Source: an uncultured Lactobacillus sp.
GTDB lineage: Bacteria > Bacillota > Bacilli > Lactobacillales > Lactobacillaceae
Direction of reading: 5' to 3'
Assembly (NCBI GenBank): GCA_930989465.1
Contig: CAKNLX010000001.1
Coordinates: 5,858-69,857, forward strand
Length of the DNA stretch: 64,000 nt
The translations under genes and the position numbers were made by a program. Under the pieces are notes generated by a model. The model saw only the letters and a program-made list of their open reading frames with translations. It ran no database searches and had not been told where the DNA came from. How positions within the stretch are numbered: position 1 is the stretch's first letter; each line of letters begins with the position of its first letter. Positions 63,145 to 64,000 of the stretch are shown one piece after another.

Positions 63145-63936
63145 TTGGCTAATAGAGTAAAACTAGGCGTTTTGAATTTAATGCATGATAAGTTAGATAC
63201 TCAACAAAGATTTGCACATGTTTTACCAGACGCAGACCTGACTTTCTTTTACCCACGTATGCATTATCAAAATCGTCCTGTTCCACCCGAAGTTGCTAAA
63301 ATTTCTCAACCATTAGATCTTAATCATATCCAAGATTTCGATGGCTTTATTATTACTGGTGCTCCGTTAGATCACCTGGATTTTGAGCAAGTCACCTATA
63401 TCGAGGAAGTCCGATGTTTGCTTCAGTTATTAGATAAATACAAATTACAGCAATTATATTTTTGCTGGGGCGCAATGGTAGCTTTAGATTACTTTTACGA
63501 TATTCAAAAAAGAATTTTGGCGGAAAAAATCTTTGGTACTTTTCCTCACTTAATAATCGAACCAAATTCCTTATTAAATGGTCTTAGCCAAGGATTTATT
63601 GCTCCACATGCTCGTTACGCTGAAATGGACAAAGCACAGACTATGCAAGATCCACGCTTAACTATTAATTCAGTAGACGACAACGGCCATCTATTTATGG
63701 TATCTTCTTTAACAAAATCAGAGCAAAATTTCGTTTTCTCTCACATTGAATATGATCGTGAAGGTTTAAAGAAGGAATATGAAAGAGAAATTGCCGCACA
63801 TCCAGAGCGACATTACAAAAGGCCTGAAAATTATTCATTATCTGCTCCACTTTTTCAGTGGAAAGATACTCAAAAAATATTCTTTGATAATTGGTTAACC
63901 CAGGTCAAAAAAAGCAAATTAGTGTTAGATAAATAA
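63145..63936 (+). CDS. metA: MetA-family O-acyltransferase (probably serine O-acetyltransferase)
   Basis: LNLM, ITGAP, CWGA, HIEYD; directly upstream of cysK. Confidence 0.85.
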   Translation: MANRVKLGVLNLMHDKLDTQQRFAHVLPDADLTFFYPRMHYQNRPVPPEVAKISQPLDLNHIQDFDGFIITGAPLDHLDFEQVTYIEEVRCLLQLLDKYKLQQLYFCWGAMVALDYFYDIQKRILAEKIFGTFPHLIIEPNSLLNGLSQGFIAPHARYAEMDKAQTMQDPRLTINSVDDNGHLFMVSSLTKSEQNFVFSHIEYDREGLKKEYEREIAAHPERHYKRPENYSLSAPLFQWKDTQKIFFDNWLTQVKKSKLVLDK

Positions 63937-63950
63937 GAGAGGTATACATT

Positions 63951-64000
63951 ATGTCTACAATTTTTAATTCAGTTACAGAACTTATCGGAAACACCCCATT
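63951..64000 (+). CDS. cysK: cysteine synthase, 5' end
   Basis: RBS GAGG; MSTIFNSVTELIGNTP. Confidence 0.8.
   Translation, partial: MSTIFNSVTELIGNTP

Noticed and set aside
1-64000. CRISPR arrays, IS elements, integrases, prophage genes, tRNA/rRNA
   Set aside because: No regularly spaced repeats, transposase/integrase motifs or structural RNA genes were seen.

Overview
Low-GC chromosomal segment from a Lactobacillus (acidophilus/crispatus/amylovorus-type) genome, mostly core genes on the minus strand. In order: dinG 5' end, addAB, mevalonate operon (mvk-mvaD-mvaK2-fni), rsmF operon, lepB, rarA, a GntR/YtrA-ABC operon with three paralogous permeases, trmK-nif3-pepT, T-box glyQS-dnaG-rpoD, yqeY-phoH-ybeY-era-recO, a complete sufCDSUB-sufT operon between rpsU and yqeY, two M23 peptidases, a divergent thr cluster, an accessory stretch at 49.8-54 kb, a decaying arcABC operon ahead of citX, a LysR with a divergent P-type ATPase, cls, metA-like and the cysK 5' end. 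No IS, prophage, CRISPR, tRNA or rRNA was seen. The most interesting signals are non-coding or residue-level: (1) four co-oriented intergenic dif-like sites with a conserved XerD arm; (2) tandem NrdR boxes 32 bp apart upstream of suf; (3) a candidate structured sRNA and an unannotated 39-aa membrane peptide between two of the dif-like sites; (4) a P3A-like ATPase lacking the canonical proton-acceptor Asp. All calls come from reading the sequence; no searches or folding programs were run.
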